From an uncultured Candidatus Binatia bacterium (GTDB lineage Bacteria; Desulfobacterota; Binatia; UBA9968; JAJDTQ01): a stretch of DNA of 64,000 bases. Where the stretch lies: NCBI GenBank assembly GCA_965242525.1, contig OZ251459.1, forward strand, positions 832,001 to 896,000, read 5' to 3'. The notes beneath the pieces are model-generated. The model did no database searches. It worked only from the letters and a program-made list of their open reading frames with translations, and was not told the DNA's origin. How positions within the stretch are numbered: the stretch's first letter is position 1; each line of letters starts with the position of its first letter. Made by a program: the position numbers and the translations under genes. Of the stretch, positions 47,628 to 58,588 are shown piece after piece.

Positions 47628-48512
47628 ATGCGTGCGGCAAGCGGGCTGAAGCGCCACCTGTACGTCGCGTTCACCGGCTTGGCCATGGGCGCTGCGGACG
47701 TGGTGCCGGGGGTCTCCGGCGGCACCATGGCCTTCGTCATGGGCATCTACGAAGATCTCGTGGACGCCCTCAAGTCCTTCGACGGGCGCTTGGCGAGGCG
47801 GCTGGCCCGCCTGCGGGTCGCCGAAGCCCTGGCGCCGGTGCCGTGGCCCTTCCTCACGGTGCTGGGCGGCGGCATGGCCGCGGCGGTGCTGACCCTGGCC
47901 GAGCCCATCGGCTGGCTCCTGGACAACCGCCCGACGCCGCTCTTCGGCTTCTTCTTCGGCTTGGTCATGGCGAGCATCGTGACCGTGGGAGCGCAGGTGC
48001 GATGGTCCCCGGCGCCGGCCATCTGCCTCCTGCTGGGCTCGGTCGGCAGCTACCTGCTCGTGGGGCTGGTGCCGCTGGCCATGCCCCACGACTTCCCCAC
48101 GCTGTTCCTGAGCGGCGTCGCGGCCATCACCGCCATGATCCTGCCCGGGATCTCCGGTTCCTTCGTCCTGCTGGTGCTGGGCCAGTACGAGTTCGTCATC
48201 GACGCCGTCCGCCAACGGGACTTCCTCGCCCTGGTCCCCCTGGCCCTGGGCTGCGCCGCGGGCATCCTGGCCTTCGTGCGAGTGCTGAGCTGGCTGCTGC
48301 GAACGCGCCGCCAGACCACCGTAGCCCTGCTCATCGGCTTCATGGTCGGCTCGCTGCGCCGCATCTGGCCCTTCAAGTCCGACCCCGCCCACCCCCTGGG
48401 CCAAGTCAACGTCATCCCCGACCCCGACCCCGCCTTCTGGCTCGCCCTGTCCCTGTGCCTGCTGGGCTTCCTGCTGGTGTACGCCCTGAGCCGCTTGGAA
48501 CCGCGGGGCTAA
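47628..48512 (+). CDS. DUF368 membrane protein
   Basis: GAADVVPGVSGGT, MILPGISGS, GFMVGSL..IWP. Confidence 0.92.
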   Translation: MRAASGLKRHLYVAFTGLAMGAADVVPGVSGGTMAFVMGIYEDLVDALKSFDGRLARRLARLRVAEALAPVPWPFLTVLGGGMAAAVLTLAEPIGWLLDNRPTPLFGFFFGLVMASIVTVGAQVRWSPAPAICLLLGSVGSYLLVGLVPLAMPHDFPTLFLSGVAAITAMILPGISGSFVLLVLGQYEFVIDAVRQRDFLALVPLALGCAAGILAFVRVLSWLLRTRRQTTVALLIGFMVGSLRRIWPFKSDPAHPLGQVNVIPDPDPAFWLALSLCLLGFLLVYALSRLEPRG

Positions 48513-48559
48513 CCCTGCGAGCCAAATCCGGCATTGTATGCAAAGGCGTCCGTCCCAGG

Positions 48560-48973
48560 CTATGGACCCCGGCCTGTGAACGGGTCAACTGTCGGCACGC
48601 CGAGTCGCTCGAAGTCACGGACATTGCGGGTGACCACCGTCAATCGGTGGACAGCGGCTACAGCGGCGATAAGGGCGTCTTGCATCAGCGTGTCCGACTG
48701 CCGGTGCATCAGTTTGGCCCATTCCCTGAAGGCCGCGGCGTCCACCGCCAATATGTTGTGGTTAGCGAGAACCTGGATGAGCCAAGCTTCCAGTTCCTCT
48801 GCCCTGGACTCGTCCTGCGCACGGGTGATCTCGATTCCCGCCTGGATTTCGCCGATGGTAACGGCAGACAGGTAGAGTTGTTGGGCCGGCACGTCCTGAA
48901 TCCAGTCCAGGACCCTTTGGTTCGGATTGCGGCGGCGCAACTCGGAGACGACGTTGGTGTCGAGCAGATACAA
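48560..48973 (-). CDS. vapC: VapC PIN-domain toxin
   Basis: LLDTNVVSE, GEI, DALIAA, VTRNVRDF. Confidence 0.93.
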   Translation of the reverse strand: MYLLDTNVVSELRRRNPNQRVLDWIQDVPAQQLYLSAVTIGEIQAGIEITRAQDESRAEELEAWLIQVLANHNILAVDAAAFREWAKLMHRQSDTLMQDALIAAVAAVHRLTVVTRNVRDFERLGVPTVDPFTGRGP

Positions 48974-48977
48974 GAGC

Positions 48978-49238
48978 CTACTCGAACCGCGGGGCCGGGC
49001 GTTGGCGAAGTCTGCGCCGCGGCGGCGTCAGGGCGTCGGTACGCGGCTCCGGAGCGAGCAGCAGTTCCTTGATGTCGGACTTGGCCGCTTCCTCCAATCG
49101 GCGCCACTCGCCGATGGGGACCAGCACCGCTGTCTCGATGCCCCGCTTGGTGACGATTTGCGGCCCTTCGACGAGGCTCGTCTCCAGCAGTTCGCTGAAC
49201 CGGGCCTTGGCATCCTGCACTTGCCAGACGTTGCCCAT
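48978..49238 (-). CDS. Phd/YefM family antitoxin
   Basis: WQVQDAKARFSEL...GPQIVTKRG. Confidence 0.92.
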   Translation of the reverse strand: MGNVWQVQDAKARFSELLETSLVEGPQIVTKRGIETAVLVPIGEWRRLEEAAKSDIKELLLAPEPRTDALTPPRRRLRQRPAPRFE

Positions 49239-49440
49239 GCATCCCCTCCGGTTTCGGCCACCTGATACGGATCCTGACTAGGCATAAGACTAGTTTACGC
49301 TGGACGAAAGGTCAAGCTTCCGACTTCGAGCCAGTGAAGCCGGCCGATCCGTGCCACACACTCCCTTCGAGAGAGGAGAGAGGCGGATGAGATTCCCCCT
49401 TCAGTGGCATCCTGCATTGGACAACTCTGACGCCCACCCC

Positions 49441-49468
49441 GGTCATTCCCGCGAAAGCGGGAATCCAC
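49441..49468. repeat. Family B palindrome GTCATTCCCGCGAAAGCGGGAATCCA
   Basis: Identical core to the copies at 15497 and 20432. Confidence 0.85.
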
Positions 49469-50147
49469 TTGGTTGCAGTCCCAGGTACACCTGGGCGTAG
49501 CGTTCGCCGAAGCGGCGGAGCGAGGGAGCGTCGAAGTGGAGGCTGTCGCCCTTGTGGGCGAGGCCCCGGGAGTTTACCCACGCGCAAGCGGACAGGGTCT
49601 CCGAGGCTTTCCGCAGCTCGGCGTTCACGGTGCGGAAATGGCCGAATTCGGCCCGTTGCGAAAGGAATTCGCCCAGCTCCCCGGCGACCACCGGGAGCGC
49701 CGGGGCGTCCAGTTCGGCCCGCAGCGCCTGCACCATGCCGACGAACCGGCGGCAGTAGGTGGAGGCGTCGGCCTCAGTGCGCGAGTCCTGCTCTCCCTGG
49801 TGCCACAGCACGGCCTTGACGGTCCCGTCCCGGGCGGCTTCCCGGGCCAGAGCGACGGCCCGTTGGTAGAGGTCCGCGCCGGGAAGCCAGCGTTGCAGCG
49901 GGGTGGACCCCACGGCGCACGGCACGAGGCCCGCCTCGCCGCAGGCGCCCGCGGCGAGGACCCGCCGGGCGAAGCTCATGGCCAGCCCCACGCCCGCGCT
50001 GGGCCGGTCGTCGTGCAGCGGCTCCCGGGCGGCGCTCCATCGGTGGTCCCGGAACGCGCGGATGCGCTCGTCCCGGATGGCTTCCACGTCTTCCGGAAGC
50101 CCCCGTCCGGCCATGTTGGACTGGCCCATCAAGAGGAAGACGTCCAT
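49443..50147 (-). CDS. SGNH sialate O-acetylesterase (SASA/CE6-like) family protein
   Basis: GQSNMAG, WHQGE, DSLHF. Confidence 0.88.
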   Translation of the reverse strand: MDVFLLMGQSNMAGRGLPEDVEAIRDERIRAFRDHRWSAAREPLHDDRPSAGVGLAMSFARRVLAAGACGEAGLVPCAVGSTPLQRWLPGADLYQRAVALAREAARDGTVKAVLWHQGEQDSRTEADASTYCRRFVGMVQALRAELDAPALPVVAGELGEFLSQRAEFGHFRTVNAELRKASETLSACAWVNSRGLAHKGDSLHFDAPSLRRFGERYAQVYLGLQPSGFPLSRE

Positions 50148-50199
50148 TTCGATACACCGGTCAGGGGCCCCTCGACGCAAGCCCCCTCGCCATCGACTC

Positions 50200-51195
50200 C
50201 TACGAATAGGGCAGCCGCGTGCCCGCGCCTGCCTCCAACGCCTTCCGGTGGAGCCATGCGGCCAGCGCCACGTCCTGGTTGACCAAGCCGACGGCGCGCA
50301 TGAATATCCGTTCCGTGCCGCTTTCCCTTCCGGGGACCTTGCCCGAGAGGATGTCCGGGAGCTCCGCATACACGTGGTCCCGGGTCAGGAAGCCTTCGCG
50401 GAGCATCCGGTCCATGTCCGACTTCTTGCTGCATTGCGCCCAACTGTCCACCACGAGCTTGCCCAGGCCCCGGTAGGCCGCGCTTTCGAGCTCCTGGTGC
50501 TTGCCGATGGAATAGACGAAGGCGCCCGCGGCGATCCATTCGGACTCGACGAAGGGCTCGGTGGCGGTGGTGGCGGACACCACCAGGTCCGCGCCCTCGA
50601 GGGCGCCGGGGGCCGTGTCCACGGGCACGACCCTGAGGCAGAGCTCTTCCCCGAGATCCCGGGCATAGGCTTCCCGGGTCTCCGGGCGGCGGGACAGCAC
50701 GCGCACCTCCTCCAGGTCGAAGGCCCGCGCCATGACGGGCAGCGTGGCCCGGGCAGTGTCGCCGGCGCCCAGCATGGCCATCACCGACGCCCCCGGACGC
50801 GCCAGAGCCTGGCAGGCCACGGTGGCCGCGGCCCCGGTCCTGACCGAGTGGCACCAGTCCTCGTCCATGATGGCGGTCACCTCGCCCCCCTCGCGGTCGC
50901 TGAGGACGAGTATGCGCCGGGGGCCCCGGGGCGGCCGTGAAGGGTCCCTGCTGCCCCCCGCGGCCTTGATGGCGCGAAAGCGGAACCCGGCCACGGGCGC
51001 GGCGTCCAGGGAGCAGCCGGTGACCCAGTACTGCCAGCCGGTCTCCGGCTTGACCGCCAGGTCTTCCGGCGTGGACCAGCCCACGCGCCCCTCGCTGTGG
51101 TCCCGCAGCGCAGCCCTCACGACGTCGATGGCCTCGCCGAGGTCCAGGAGGCGCTTGACGTCGTCGTTGGACAGGTAGAGGATTCCGTTGGCCAT
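50200..51195 (-). CDS. Ornithine cyclodeaminase/mu-crystallin family protein
   Basis: RTGAA, LGAG, ADLVVSAT, PGR, GLVNQD. Confidence 0.88.
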   Translation of the reverse strand: MANGILYLSNDDVKRLLDLGEAIDVVRAALRDHSEGRVGWSTPEDLAVKPETGWQYWVTGCSLDAAPVAGFRFRAIKAAGGSRDPSRPPRGPRRILVLSDREGGEVTAIMDEDWCHSVRTGAAATVACQALARPGASVMAMLGAGDTARATLPVMARAFDLEEVRVLSRRPETREAYARDLGEELCLRVVPVDTAPGALEGADLVVSATTATEPFVESEWIAAGAFVYSIGKHQELESAAYRGLGKLVVDSWAQCSKKSDMDRMLREGFLTRDHVYAELPDILSGKVPGRESGTERIFMRAVGLVNQDVALAAWLHRKALEAGAGTRLPYS

Positions 51196-51241
51196 GGGCG
51201 GCGACTCCTTGCGAGACCGGGCCGAGGGACCTGGCGGCCGC

Positions 51242-52375
51242 TTACCCGATCACGTCGAGCCGTTCCGCCCCGGCGGTCAGGAACTCGGGGCCGTTATCGG
51301 TGATGAGCACGTCCTCTTCCAGGTGGACCGAGGCCCCCGGTAGGCGCACCTTGGGCTCGATGGCCAGCACCATGCCCGGGGCCACGGTCCGGGTCTCTGC
51401 CTCGCTGATGGACGGCGGCTCGGCCCGGGCCAGTCCGATGCCGTGGCCGATGCGCTTGGGGCTGGCGACCGTGGGATAGCCGTTCCGCCGGAGCTCCGAG
51501 TTGGCCGCCCGGGGGATGTCGCTGATGGGGGCTCCCGGCTTCATGACCTCGGCGCACTGCCGGATCAGGCCATGGGCCAGCCCGTGTTCCCGGGTCTGGT
51601 CGGGGCTGGGCGCGCCGAACACCGCCATGCGGGTGATGTCGCCGTAGTACCCGGCATGGCACGCGCCGAAGTCCGCGATCATGCGGTCGCCCTTCTCGTA
51701 GCGCCGCTCGTCGTACTTCGTGGAGGCGTTCAGCATGAGGAAGCCGGGATGGCGCGGATGGGCGCCTTCCTCGATCATGGAGATGAACAGGCGCTCGGCC
51801 ACCTCCCGGCGGGTGACTCCGGCCTTCAGGTCCGGCAGCGTGCGGCGGTAGGCCCGCACGGAGATGTCGCACGCCCGCCGCAGGTTCTCCACTTCCCGCG
51901 GGCTCTTGAACAACCGCTGCTCGGTGAGCGCCGGCGAGCCGTCCTCGATCCTGGCCTTGGGCAGCGCCTCGGTGAGCCGCGTCAGGTAGTTGACCGGGAA
52001 CCCCAGCCGCTGGTCGTCGCCCAGCTCGAACCCGACCCTGGCGGAACCGAAACCCATGTCCGTCAGGAACTCGCTCAGCATCTCCTGCGGGAAGGGTACG
52101 TCCACGTAGCTCCGCACCTCGCCCAGCCAGGGCAGCGCCTCGGCCTTGGCCTTGTCGTTGCCGTACACCAGCGCGAACGGCTTGCCTTCCCTTGGAAGGA
52201 AGCAGGTCTCGGGCCGCATCACGTGGTCGAACTGGTAGCTGATGAGTCCGGTGAAGTACCAGAAGTTGTCCCGGGCCGAGACCACCATGAGGTCCAGGCC
52301 GTCCCGCTCCATGAGCCGCCGGGCCTGCGCGTGGCGCGACTCGTACTCGTCCTGTGGAAACGGCGCTTCGATCAT
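51242..52375 (-). CDS. M24 Xaa-Pro peptidase family protein
   Basis: DFG, GYYGDITR, GHGIG, IEP, EED metal ligands. Confidence 0.9.
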   Translation of the reverse strand: MIEAPFPQDEYESRHAQARRLMERDGLDLMVVSARDNFWYFTGLISYQFDHVMRPETCFLPREGKPFALVYGNDKAKAEALPWLGEVRSYVDVPFPQEMLSEFLTDMGFGSARVGFELGDDQRLGFPVNYLTRLTEALPKARIEDGSPALTEQRLFKSPREVENLRRACDISVRAYRRTLPDLKAGVTRREVAERLFISMIEEGAHPRHPGFLMLNASTKYDERRYEKGDRMIADFGACHAGYYGDITRMAVFGAPSPDQTREHGLAHGLIRQCAEVMKPGAPISDIPRAANSELRRNGYPTVASPKRIGHGIGLARAEPPSISEAETRTVAPGMVLAIEPKVRLPGASVHLEEDVLITDNGPEFLTAGAERLDVIG

Positions 52376-52458
52376 GCGGCAACCTCCGGGTCGGGATCGA
52401 AAACCGGGATACTAGCAACCGAACGCGGGACCGGCAAACGTCCCGCGGCTGCGAGCGG

Positions 52459-53847
52459 TCAGAACTCCGCGGAACCGGGCGCGCGGGGAAAGGGGATCAC
52501 GTCCCGTATGTTTCCCATGCCGGTCAGGAACTGGACCAGGCGCTCGAAGCCCAGGCCGAAGCCCGCGTGGGGCGCCGAGCCGTAGCGCCGCAGTTCCAGG
52601 TACCACCAGTATTCCTGCGGGTCCAGCCCGCATTCCCGGATGCGCCCCTCCAGTTGCGCGAGCCGGTGCTCCCGCTGCGAGCCGCCGACGATCTCGCCGA
52701 TCCTGGGCGCCAGCACGTCCATGGCCGCCACGGTCCGCTCGTCGTCGTTGACGTACATGTAGAACGCCTTGATCTCCTTGGGGTAGTCGATGACGATCAC
52801 CGGCCGACGCACGTGCTCCTCCACCAGGTAGCGCTCGTGCTCGCTCTGCAGGTTGACCCCCCAGGACACCGGATGGTCGAACGAGCGCCCCGAGCGCCGG
52901 AGGATGTCCACCGCCTCTGTATAGGTCATGCGCTCGAAGGGCAGGTCGACGATGCCCGTCAGGGTCTCGATGACGGTGTCGTCGATGCGCCGGTCGAAGA
53001 AAGCCATGTCGTCGGGACAGCTCTCCAGCACGCTCTTGACCAGGTCCTTGAGGAAAGCCTCCGCCAGGTCCATGTTGCCCCGGATATCGCAGAACGCCAT
53101 CTCCGGCTCCACCATCCAGAACTCGGCCAGGTGCCGGCTGGTGTTGGAGTTCTCCGAGCGGAAGGTCGGCCCGAAGGTATAGACGTCGGTGAGGGCCAGG
53201 GCGGCGATCTCCGCCTCGAGCTGCCCGGAGACCGTAAGCCGCGCCTCCTTCCCGAAGAAGTCCCGGGAGTAGTCCACTTGGCCGGCCCCGGTCCGCGGCG
53301 CGCTGCCGGGGTCCAGGGTCGAGACCCGGAACATCTCGCCGGCCCCTTCGCAGTCGGACAGCGTGATGATGGGGGCGTGCAGGTGGATGAAGCCCCGGTC
53401 CTGGAAGAACCGGTGGATGTGGCGCGCCGCGGCGTTCCGCACCCGCATCACCGCGCCGAACGTGTTGGTGCGCATGCGCAGGTGCCCCAGGGTGCGCAGG
53501 AACTCGAAGCTGTGGCGCTTCTTCTGGAGCGGGTAGTCGTCGTCCGCGGCCCCCACCACCTCCACCGCCCGGGCCCGTATCTCGTGGCGCTGCCCCTTGC
53601 CCGGCGACTCCACCAACGCGCCGGTGACCCGCACGCACGAGCCGGTGGTGAGCTTGCCGACCTCGGTCTCGTAGTTGGGCAGGCCCGGGGCCGCCACCGC
53701 CTGGACGCCGGCCATGCACGACCCGTCGGAGACGTCGAGGAACGAGACGTTCTTGCTGTGGCGGACCGTGCGCAGCCACCCCTCCACGGTCACGTCCTCG
53801 GCCGCCTCGCCCCGGTCCAGCAGATCCTTGATCCGTACTTTTCCCAT
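52459..53847 (-). CDS. asnS: Asparagine--tRNA ligase
   Basis: [42 protein letters not shown]. Confidence 0.98.
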   Translation of the reverse strand: MGKVRIKDLLDRGEAAEDVTVEGWLRTVRHSKNVSFLDVSDGSCMAGVQAVAAPGLPNYETEVGKLTTGSCVRVTGALVESPGKGQRHEIRARAVEVVGAADDDYPLQKKRHSFEFLRTLGHLRMRTNTFGAVMRVRNAAARHIHRFFQDRGFIHLHAPIITLSDCEGAGEMFRVSTLDPGSAPRTGAGQVDYSRDFFGKEARLTVSGQLEAEIAALALTDVYTFGPTFRSENSNTSRHLAEFWMVEPEMAFCDIRGNMDLAEAFLKDLVKSVLESCPDDMAFFDRRIDDTVIETLTGIVDLPFERMTYTEAVDILRRSGRSFDHPVSWGVNLQSEHERYLVEEHVRRPVIVIDYPKEIKAFYMYVNDDERTVAAMDVLAPRIGEIVGGSQREHRLAQLEGRIRECGLDPQEYWWYLELRRYGSAPHAGFGLGFERLVQFLTGMGNIRDVIPFPRAPGSAEF

Positions 53848-53956
53848 GAAGCCTGCTCGCGCGGCGTTCCGAAACCCGCGTCCCGCGGGACGCCCTGCCG
53901 GCCGGCCCGGACATGCGTCCGGGGTCCCGGCTTTCCCCGACGGCCTTCCCGAAGGG

Positions 53957-54745
53957 TCAGGCGCGCTCGCGCACCACCGGGTTGCGCAGCGTGCCGATGC
54001 CGCTGACCGTGACCTCCACCACGTCGCCGTCCTCCATGTTCTCCGTGGCGCCTTCCGTGCCCATCCAGAGGACGTCGCCGGGGACCAGGGTCAGGTAGCG
54101 GCTCATGGCGCTGACGTAGTGGGCCACTCCGAAGATGGCGTCCTTCACGTCGTACTCGCCCACCACCCGCTGGTTGAGGGTGATGGCGACGTGGAGCCGG
54201 TCGGGGTCCAGGTCCGTGACGATCCACGGGCCCATGGGCTTGAAGGTGTCGGTGTTCTTGGCGCGCCAGAGCGTCCGGTCGGACTTCTGCCAGGCGCGCT
54301 CGCTCACGTCGTTGCCGATGGTGTAGCCGAACACGTAGTCCAACGCCTCGCCCTCGGGCACGTTGCGGCACTTCCGACCGATCACCGCCACCAGCTCGCC
54401 CTCGTACTGGACCTGCCCGGAAGCGTCCGCGGGGATGACGATGGCGTCGCCGTGGCCCACCAGGGCGTTGACCGCGCGGTACCCCACGTCGGCCTTGCCG
54501 GGGAGCGCAGGCTCCTCGCCCCGAAGGCCGGCGGCATAGGTCGCGTGCTCCCGGTAGTTGACCCCCGCGGCGTAGAAGGTGGGCGGGACCACCGGAGGCA
54601 GCAGCTGGACGGCGTCGAGTCGGTGGGTCTCTCCGGTGACCCGGTAGTTCTCGAACGGGCTGCCTGCGACCACGGCGACCTCGTCCTCGTCGCCGATGAC
54701 GCCGAACCCGGTCCGGTGGTCCTTCCTGAACCTGCACCACTTCAT
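53957..54745 (-). CDS. Fumarylacetoacetate hydrolase family protein
   Basis: [38 protein letters not shown]. Confidence 0.9.
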   Translation of the reverse strand: MKWCRFRKDHRTGFGVIGDEDEVAVVAGSPFENYRVTGETHRLDAVQLLPPVVPPTFYAAGVNYREHATYAAGLRGEEPALPGKADVGYRAVNALVGHGDAIVIPADASGQVQYEGELVAVIGRKCRNVPEGEALDYVFGYTIGNDVSERAWQKSDRTLWRAKNTDTFKPMGPWIVTDLDPDRLHVAITLNQRVVGEYDVKDAIFGVAHYVSAMSRYLTLVPGDVLWMGTEGATENMEDGDVVEVTVSGIGTLRNPVVRERA

Positions 54746-56235
54746 TCGGGGGCCTCCTTCTCGAACCTCCGCGGCGGACCTTGCCCCGCCCGCCAGGGCT
54801 CCATGAAGTCCCGCACCCGGGTCGGCTCCAGCGCCTCCCGGGACGCGCACGTCCGCAGGATGCTCTCGCACGCGGCCTCCGGCAGCCGCGCCCGCAAGTG
54901 CCGCTCGAACTTGTCGCGCAGCAACGGCGTCCCCTCTTGCCGCCGCCGCCGGTGGCCGACGGGGTAGGGGACTTCCACCCGGGGCGTGGAAGAGCCGTCG
55001 CGGAAGAAGACCTGGACGGCGTTGGCGATGGCCCGCTTTTCGGGGTCGAGGTAGTCCGCGGTGAAGCGCGGGTTCTCCCGGACCTCCATCCTTTCCCGCA
55101 GGGCGTCCACCCGCGGGTCTGCGGCCGCCTCGTCCTCGTAGTCCCGGGCCGTGAGCCTGCCGTGGATGAGCGGTACGGCCACCATGTACTGGAGGCAGTG
55201 GTCCCGGTCCGCGGGGTTGTCCAGGGGTCCGGTCTTGTGGATGATGCGCGCGCCCGCCTCCTGGGTCTCGACCACGATGCGCCGGACGTCCCCGAGCCGG
55301 TCCTTCACCGCGTGGTGCAGTCGGAGCGCGGCCTCCACCGCGGTCTGGGCGTGGAACTCCGCGGGAAACGAGATCTTGAACAGCACGTTCTCCATGACGT
55401 AGCTGCCGTAGGGTTGCGGGAAGGAAAAGGGACGGCCCCGGAACAGCACGTCGTAGTAGCCCCAACCCCTGGCCGACAGGGCCGAGGGGTAGCCCATCTC
55501 CCCCCGGAGCGCCATCAACGCCAAGCGCACGGCGCGGCTGGCGGCGTCGCCCGCGGCCCAGCTCTTGCGGGAGCCGGTGTTGGGCGCGTGGCGGTAGGTC
55601 CTGAGGGCGCCGCCGTCGATCCAGGCGTTGGAAAGGGCGTTGACCACCTGCTCCCGGGAACCCCCCAGCATGGCCGCGGCCACCGCGGTGCTGGCCACCC
55701 GCACCAGCAGCACGTGGTCCAGCCCCACGCGGTTGAAGCCGTTCTCCAGCGCCATGACCCCCTGGATCTCGTGGGCCTGGATCATCCTCGTCAACACGTC
55801 CTCCAGGGTGACCGCCGGCCCTCCGGTCCGCTCGGAGCGCCGGTCCAGGTAGTCGGCCACCGCCAGGATGGCGCCCAGGTTGTCCGATGGGTGGCCCCAT
55901 TCGGCCGCCAGGAAGGTGTCGTTGAAGTCCAGCCAGCGGATCATGGCGCCGATGTCGAACGCAGCCTGGACCGGGTCCAGCTCGTAGGGGGTGCCGGGCA
56001 CGCGGGCGCCGCCGGCCAGGGTCGCCCCGGGCACCACCGGACCCAGCAGCCGGGTGCAGGCGGGGAAGTCCAGGGCCGCCAGGGCGCAGCCCAGGCTGTC
56101 CATCAGGCACAGGCGCGCGGTCTCCCGGGCCTCGTCCGGGAAGCGGGCGTCGGCCAGGACGTAGTCCGCCATGTCGGAGAGCACGGCGTCGGGTTCGGGG
56201 CGCCGGGCTTCGCGGACGGGAGGAAGGTCGGTCAT
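54742..56235 (-). CDS. prpD: 2-methylcitrate dehydratase
   Basis: RWLDFNDTFLAAEWGHPSDNL, YRHAPNTGSRKSWAAGDA, ISFPAEFHAQTA. Confidence 0.96.
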   Translation of the reverse strand: MTDLPPVREARRPEPDAVLSDMADYVLADARFPDEARETARLCLMDSLGCALAALDFPACTRLLGPVVPGATLAGGARVPGTPYELDPVQAAFDIGAMIRWLDFNDTFLAAEWGHPSDNLGAILAVADYLDRRSERTGGPAVTLEDVLTRMIQAHEIQGVMALENGFNRVGLDHVLLVRVASTAVAAAMLGGSREQVVNALSNAWIDGGALRTYRHAPNTGSRKSWAAGDAASRAVRLALMALRGEMGYPSALSARGWGYYDVLFRGRPFSFPQPYGSYVMENVLFKISFPAEFHAQTAVEAALRLHHAVKDRLGDVRRIVVETQEAGARIIHKTGPLDNPADRDHCLQYMVAVPLIHGRLTARDYEDEAAADPRVDALRERMEVRENPRFTADYLDPEKRAIANAVQVFFRDGSSTPRVEVPYPVGHRRRRQEGTPLLRDKFERHLRARLPEAACESILRTCASREALEPTRVRDFMEPWRAGQGPPRRFEKEAPE

Positions 56236-56264
56236 GGGCCGGGTTCTTTTCGATACGGCGGGCG

Positions 56265-57146
56265 CTACCCCCTGGAGAAGAGGGCGTCCAGCTTCCGCTC
56301 GTAGTCGTGGTAGCGGAGCGCCTCGTAGAGTTGCTCGCGGGTCTGCATCCGGTCCGTCAGGCCGCGCTGGGTGCCTTCTTCGCGGATCGCGCGATAGACG
56401 TCGACGGCGGCTTGGCTCATGGCGCGGAAGGCCGAAAGGGGGTAGAGCGCGAGCCCCACGCCGCAGCCCCGCAGCTCCTCCACGGAGAAGAGCGGCGTGC
56501 GCCCGAACTCTGTGAGGTTGGCCAGCACAGGCGCATCCGTTGCCTGGCAGAAGGCGCGGTACTCCTCCAGCGTTCGGAGCGCCTCCGGGAAGACCATGTC
56601 GGCCCCGGCCTCCACGTAGCGCCGCACCCGCTCCAGGGCCGCGTCCATCCCCTCGCCGGCCAACGCGTCGGTGCGGGCCATGACCACGAACCGGGGGTCC
56701 GTCCGGGCGTCCACCGCGGCCTTGATGCGGTCCACCATCTCGTCTCCGGAGACCATCTGCTTGTTGGGCCGATGGCCGCACCGCTTGGCCTGCGCCTGGT
56801 CCTCGATGTGCAGGGCCGCGGCCCCGGCCCGTATCATCTCCTTCACCGTGCGGGCGATGTGGAAGGCCGTGCCCCACCCGGTGTCCACGTCCACCAGCAG
56901 GGGCAGGGAAGTGGCCCCGGTGATGCGCCGCGCGTCTTCGAGCACGTCGTTGAGCGTGGTGATGCCCAGGTCCGGCTGCGCGAACGAGGCGTTGGCCACC
57001 CCCGCCCCGGACAGGTACAGCGCACGGAATCCCTGCCGCTCCGCCAGCAGGGCGCAGTAGGCGTTGACGGTCCCCACCACCTGGAGCGGGCGTTCGTCCT
57101 CCACCGCCTGACGGAACCGCGCCCCGGCCGAACTGTGCTGCTCCAT
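56265..57146 (-). CDS. prpB: Methylisocitrate lyase
   Basis: [34 protein letters not shown]. Confidence 0.96.
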   Translation of the reverse strand: MEQHSSAGARFRQAVEDERPLQVVGTVNAYCALLAERQGFRALYLSGAGVANASFAQPDLGITTLNDVLEDARRITGATSLPLLVDVDTGWGTAFHIARTVKEMIRAGAAALHIEDQAQAKRCGHRPNKQMVSGDEMVDRIKAAVDARTDPRFVVMARTDALAGEGMDAALERVRRYVEAGADMVFPEALRTLEEYRAFCQATDAPVLANLTEFGRTPLFSVEELRGCGVGLALYPLSAFRAMSQAAVDVYRAIREEGTQRGLTDRMQTREQLYEALRYHDYERKLDALFSRG

Positions 57147-57268
57147 GCCCGTACCCCCGTTGGTCCCCCTCGTTGGCTCCCGATCCGCAGCAACGACTAT
57201 CCGAACCGGCGTTTCGTGTCAACGTGGGCCTGCGCCGCCCGCCCATGGTCGAGGGGCCCCCGCACGCC

Positions 57269-57910
57269 TCAGAAATAGCCCAGGTCCAGGGGGTCCAGCC
57301 GTTTCAGGTGGCTCACGTCGCCCCAAGTCTCCAGGGTCCAGGCGCCGTCCCGGTATCGGAACAGGTTGACGCTGGCGTTCTTGAAGGCAAAGCGCCGGGG
57401 GGCGTCCAGAGGGATGGCGAGGGTGTGGCGGAACAGCGCGCTCAGGACGCCGCCGTGGGTGACCACCATGACGACCTCCCCGGGGTGCCGCCGGGCCAGT
57501 TCTTCCAGGCAGAGGATGTTCCGCGCGGTCTGGTCCCGGAAGCTCTCCCCCCCGGGCACGGCGTAGTCGGCGCCGTTGTTGCGGTGCTCGTCGTACTCCC
57601 GGGGGTAGCGTTCCCGGATCTCGTCGCCGCTGAGGCCCTGGAAGACCCCCAGGTGCCTTTCGCGCAGGCGCCGGTCCGGGATGATTTCGTGTCCGGTCCG
57701 CGCCGCGATGACCCGGGCGGTCTCGAACGCGCGGCCCAGGTCGCTGCTGTAGATGGCGGTGCAGCTTTCCGGGCCGAACCGTTCCGCCAGGGCTTCCGCC
57801 TGCCCTCGTCCCTTGGCGGTGAGGGTGCTGTCCAGGTGGCCCTGGCGCCGACCCTCGATGTTCCACTGGGTCTCCCCGTGCCGCACGACGATGACGAGGG
57901 TGGCCTCCAT
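57269..57910 (-). CDS. Histidine phosphatase family protein
   Basis: RHGET, SSDL.RA, LRE, GGES, VTHG. Confidence 0.9.
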   Translation of the reverse strand: MEATLVIVVRHGETQWNIEGRRQGHLDSTLTAKGRGQAEALAERFGPESCTAIYSSDLGRAFETARVIAARTGHEIIPDRRLRERHLGVFQGLSGDEIRERYPREYDEHRNNGADYAVPGGESFRDQTARNILCLEELARRHPGEVVMVVTHGGVLSALFRHTLAIPLDAPRRFAFKNASVNLFRYRDGAWTLETWGDVSHLKRLDPLDLGYF

Positions 57911-58008
57911 CCCGTCCATCCTAGCCAATGGACCCCGAAAACGCCATACGGAACCCTTGGACAAGCGGGGGAGGCGAGGCGCGCGTCGAAGCCAACGACG
58001 CGGGAATA

Positions 58009-58086
58009 TGGCGTCCCCGACGGGATTTGAACCCGTGTTGCCGGCGTGAAAGGCCGATGTCCTGGGCCAGGCTAGACGACGGGGAC
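58009..58086 (-). tRNA. tRNA-Glu(TTC)
   Basis: Revcomp GTCCCCG...CGGCCTTTCACGCCG...GTTCAAATC...CGGGGACGCCA. Confidence 0.96.
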
Positions 58087-58190
58087 CGATACGGACCAGC
58101 AATTCATGGTTAGCAGAAAACCGGGACGTTGGAAACCTGGGGCGCGCTCCAGCCCGCGGGACGGACGCCGGGCGTGGCTGCGGCGTTGGT

Positions 58191-58266
58191 TGGTGAGCCG
58201 TGCCGGGATCGAACCGGCGACCCTCTGCTTAAAAGGCAGATGCTCTACCTGCTGAGCTAACGGCTC
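58191..58266 (-). tRNA. tRNA-Lys(TTT)
   Basis: Revcomp GAGCCGTTAGCTCAG...TCTGCCTTTTAAGCAGA...GTTCGATC...CGGCTCACCA. Confidence 0.96.
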
Positions 58267-58296
58267 ATGGAAGGTCGGAACGGTTCGTCCTCGTCT

Positions 58297-58330
58297 CCGT
58301 TCGTCCCGAGCGTAGCGGAGTCGAAGGACG
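58297..58330 (+). repeat. Family A repeat (short variant) upstream of tRNA-Lys
   Basis: CCGTTCGTCCCGAGCGTAGCGGAGTCGAAGGACG. Confidence 0.8.
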
Positions 58331-58588
58331 TGCTCTTCCTGTTCCGGTCGTCTTGACGAATGCGCGCCTTGCGGTTCGACGAGCGCCGACGGTCCAGTGT
58401 AACAGACTGTCCGTTCCGGGCAAGCCGCGCGGGACTTCCGCGAGCGCGGGGTCCGGCGGGCGTCCGCGTTCCTCGCTACGGCCTGCCTGATTTGTTACAC
58501 ATGGAGGTTCCCGTGCCGGAAGCCGGGCGCGCCCGGTGGTTCCGGCTTCGAGGGCAGGGGAGCGAAAGACGGGAAGGGAGGGCCGGCC

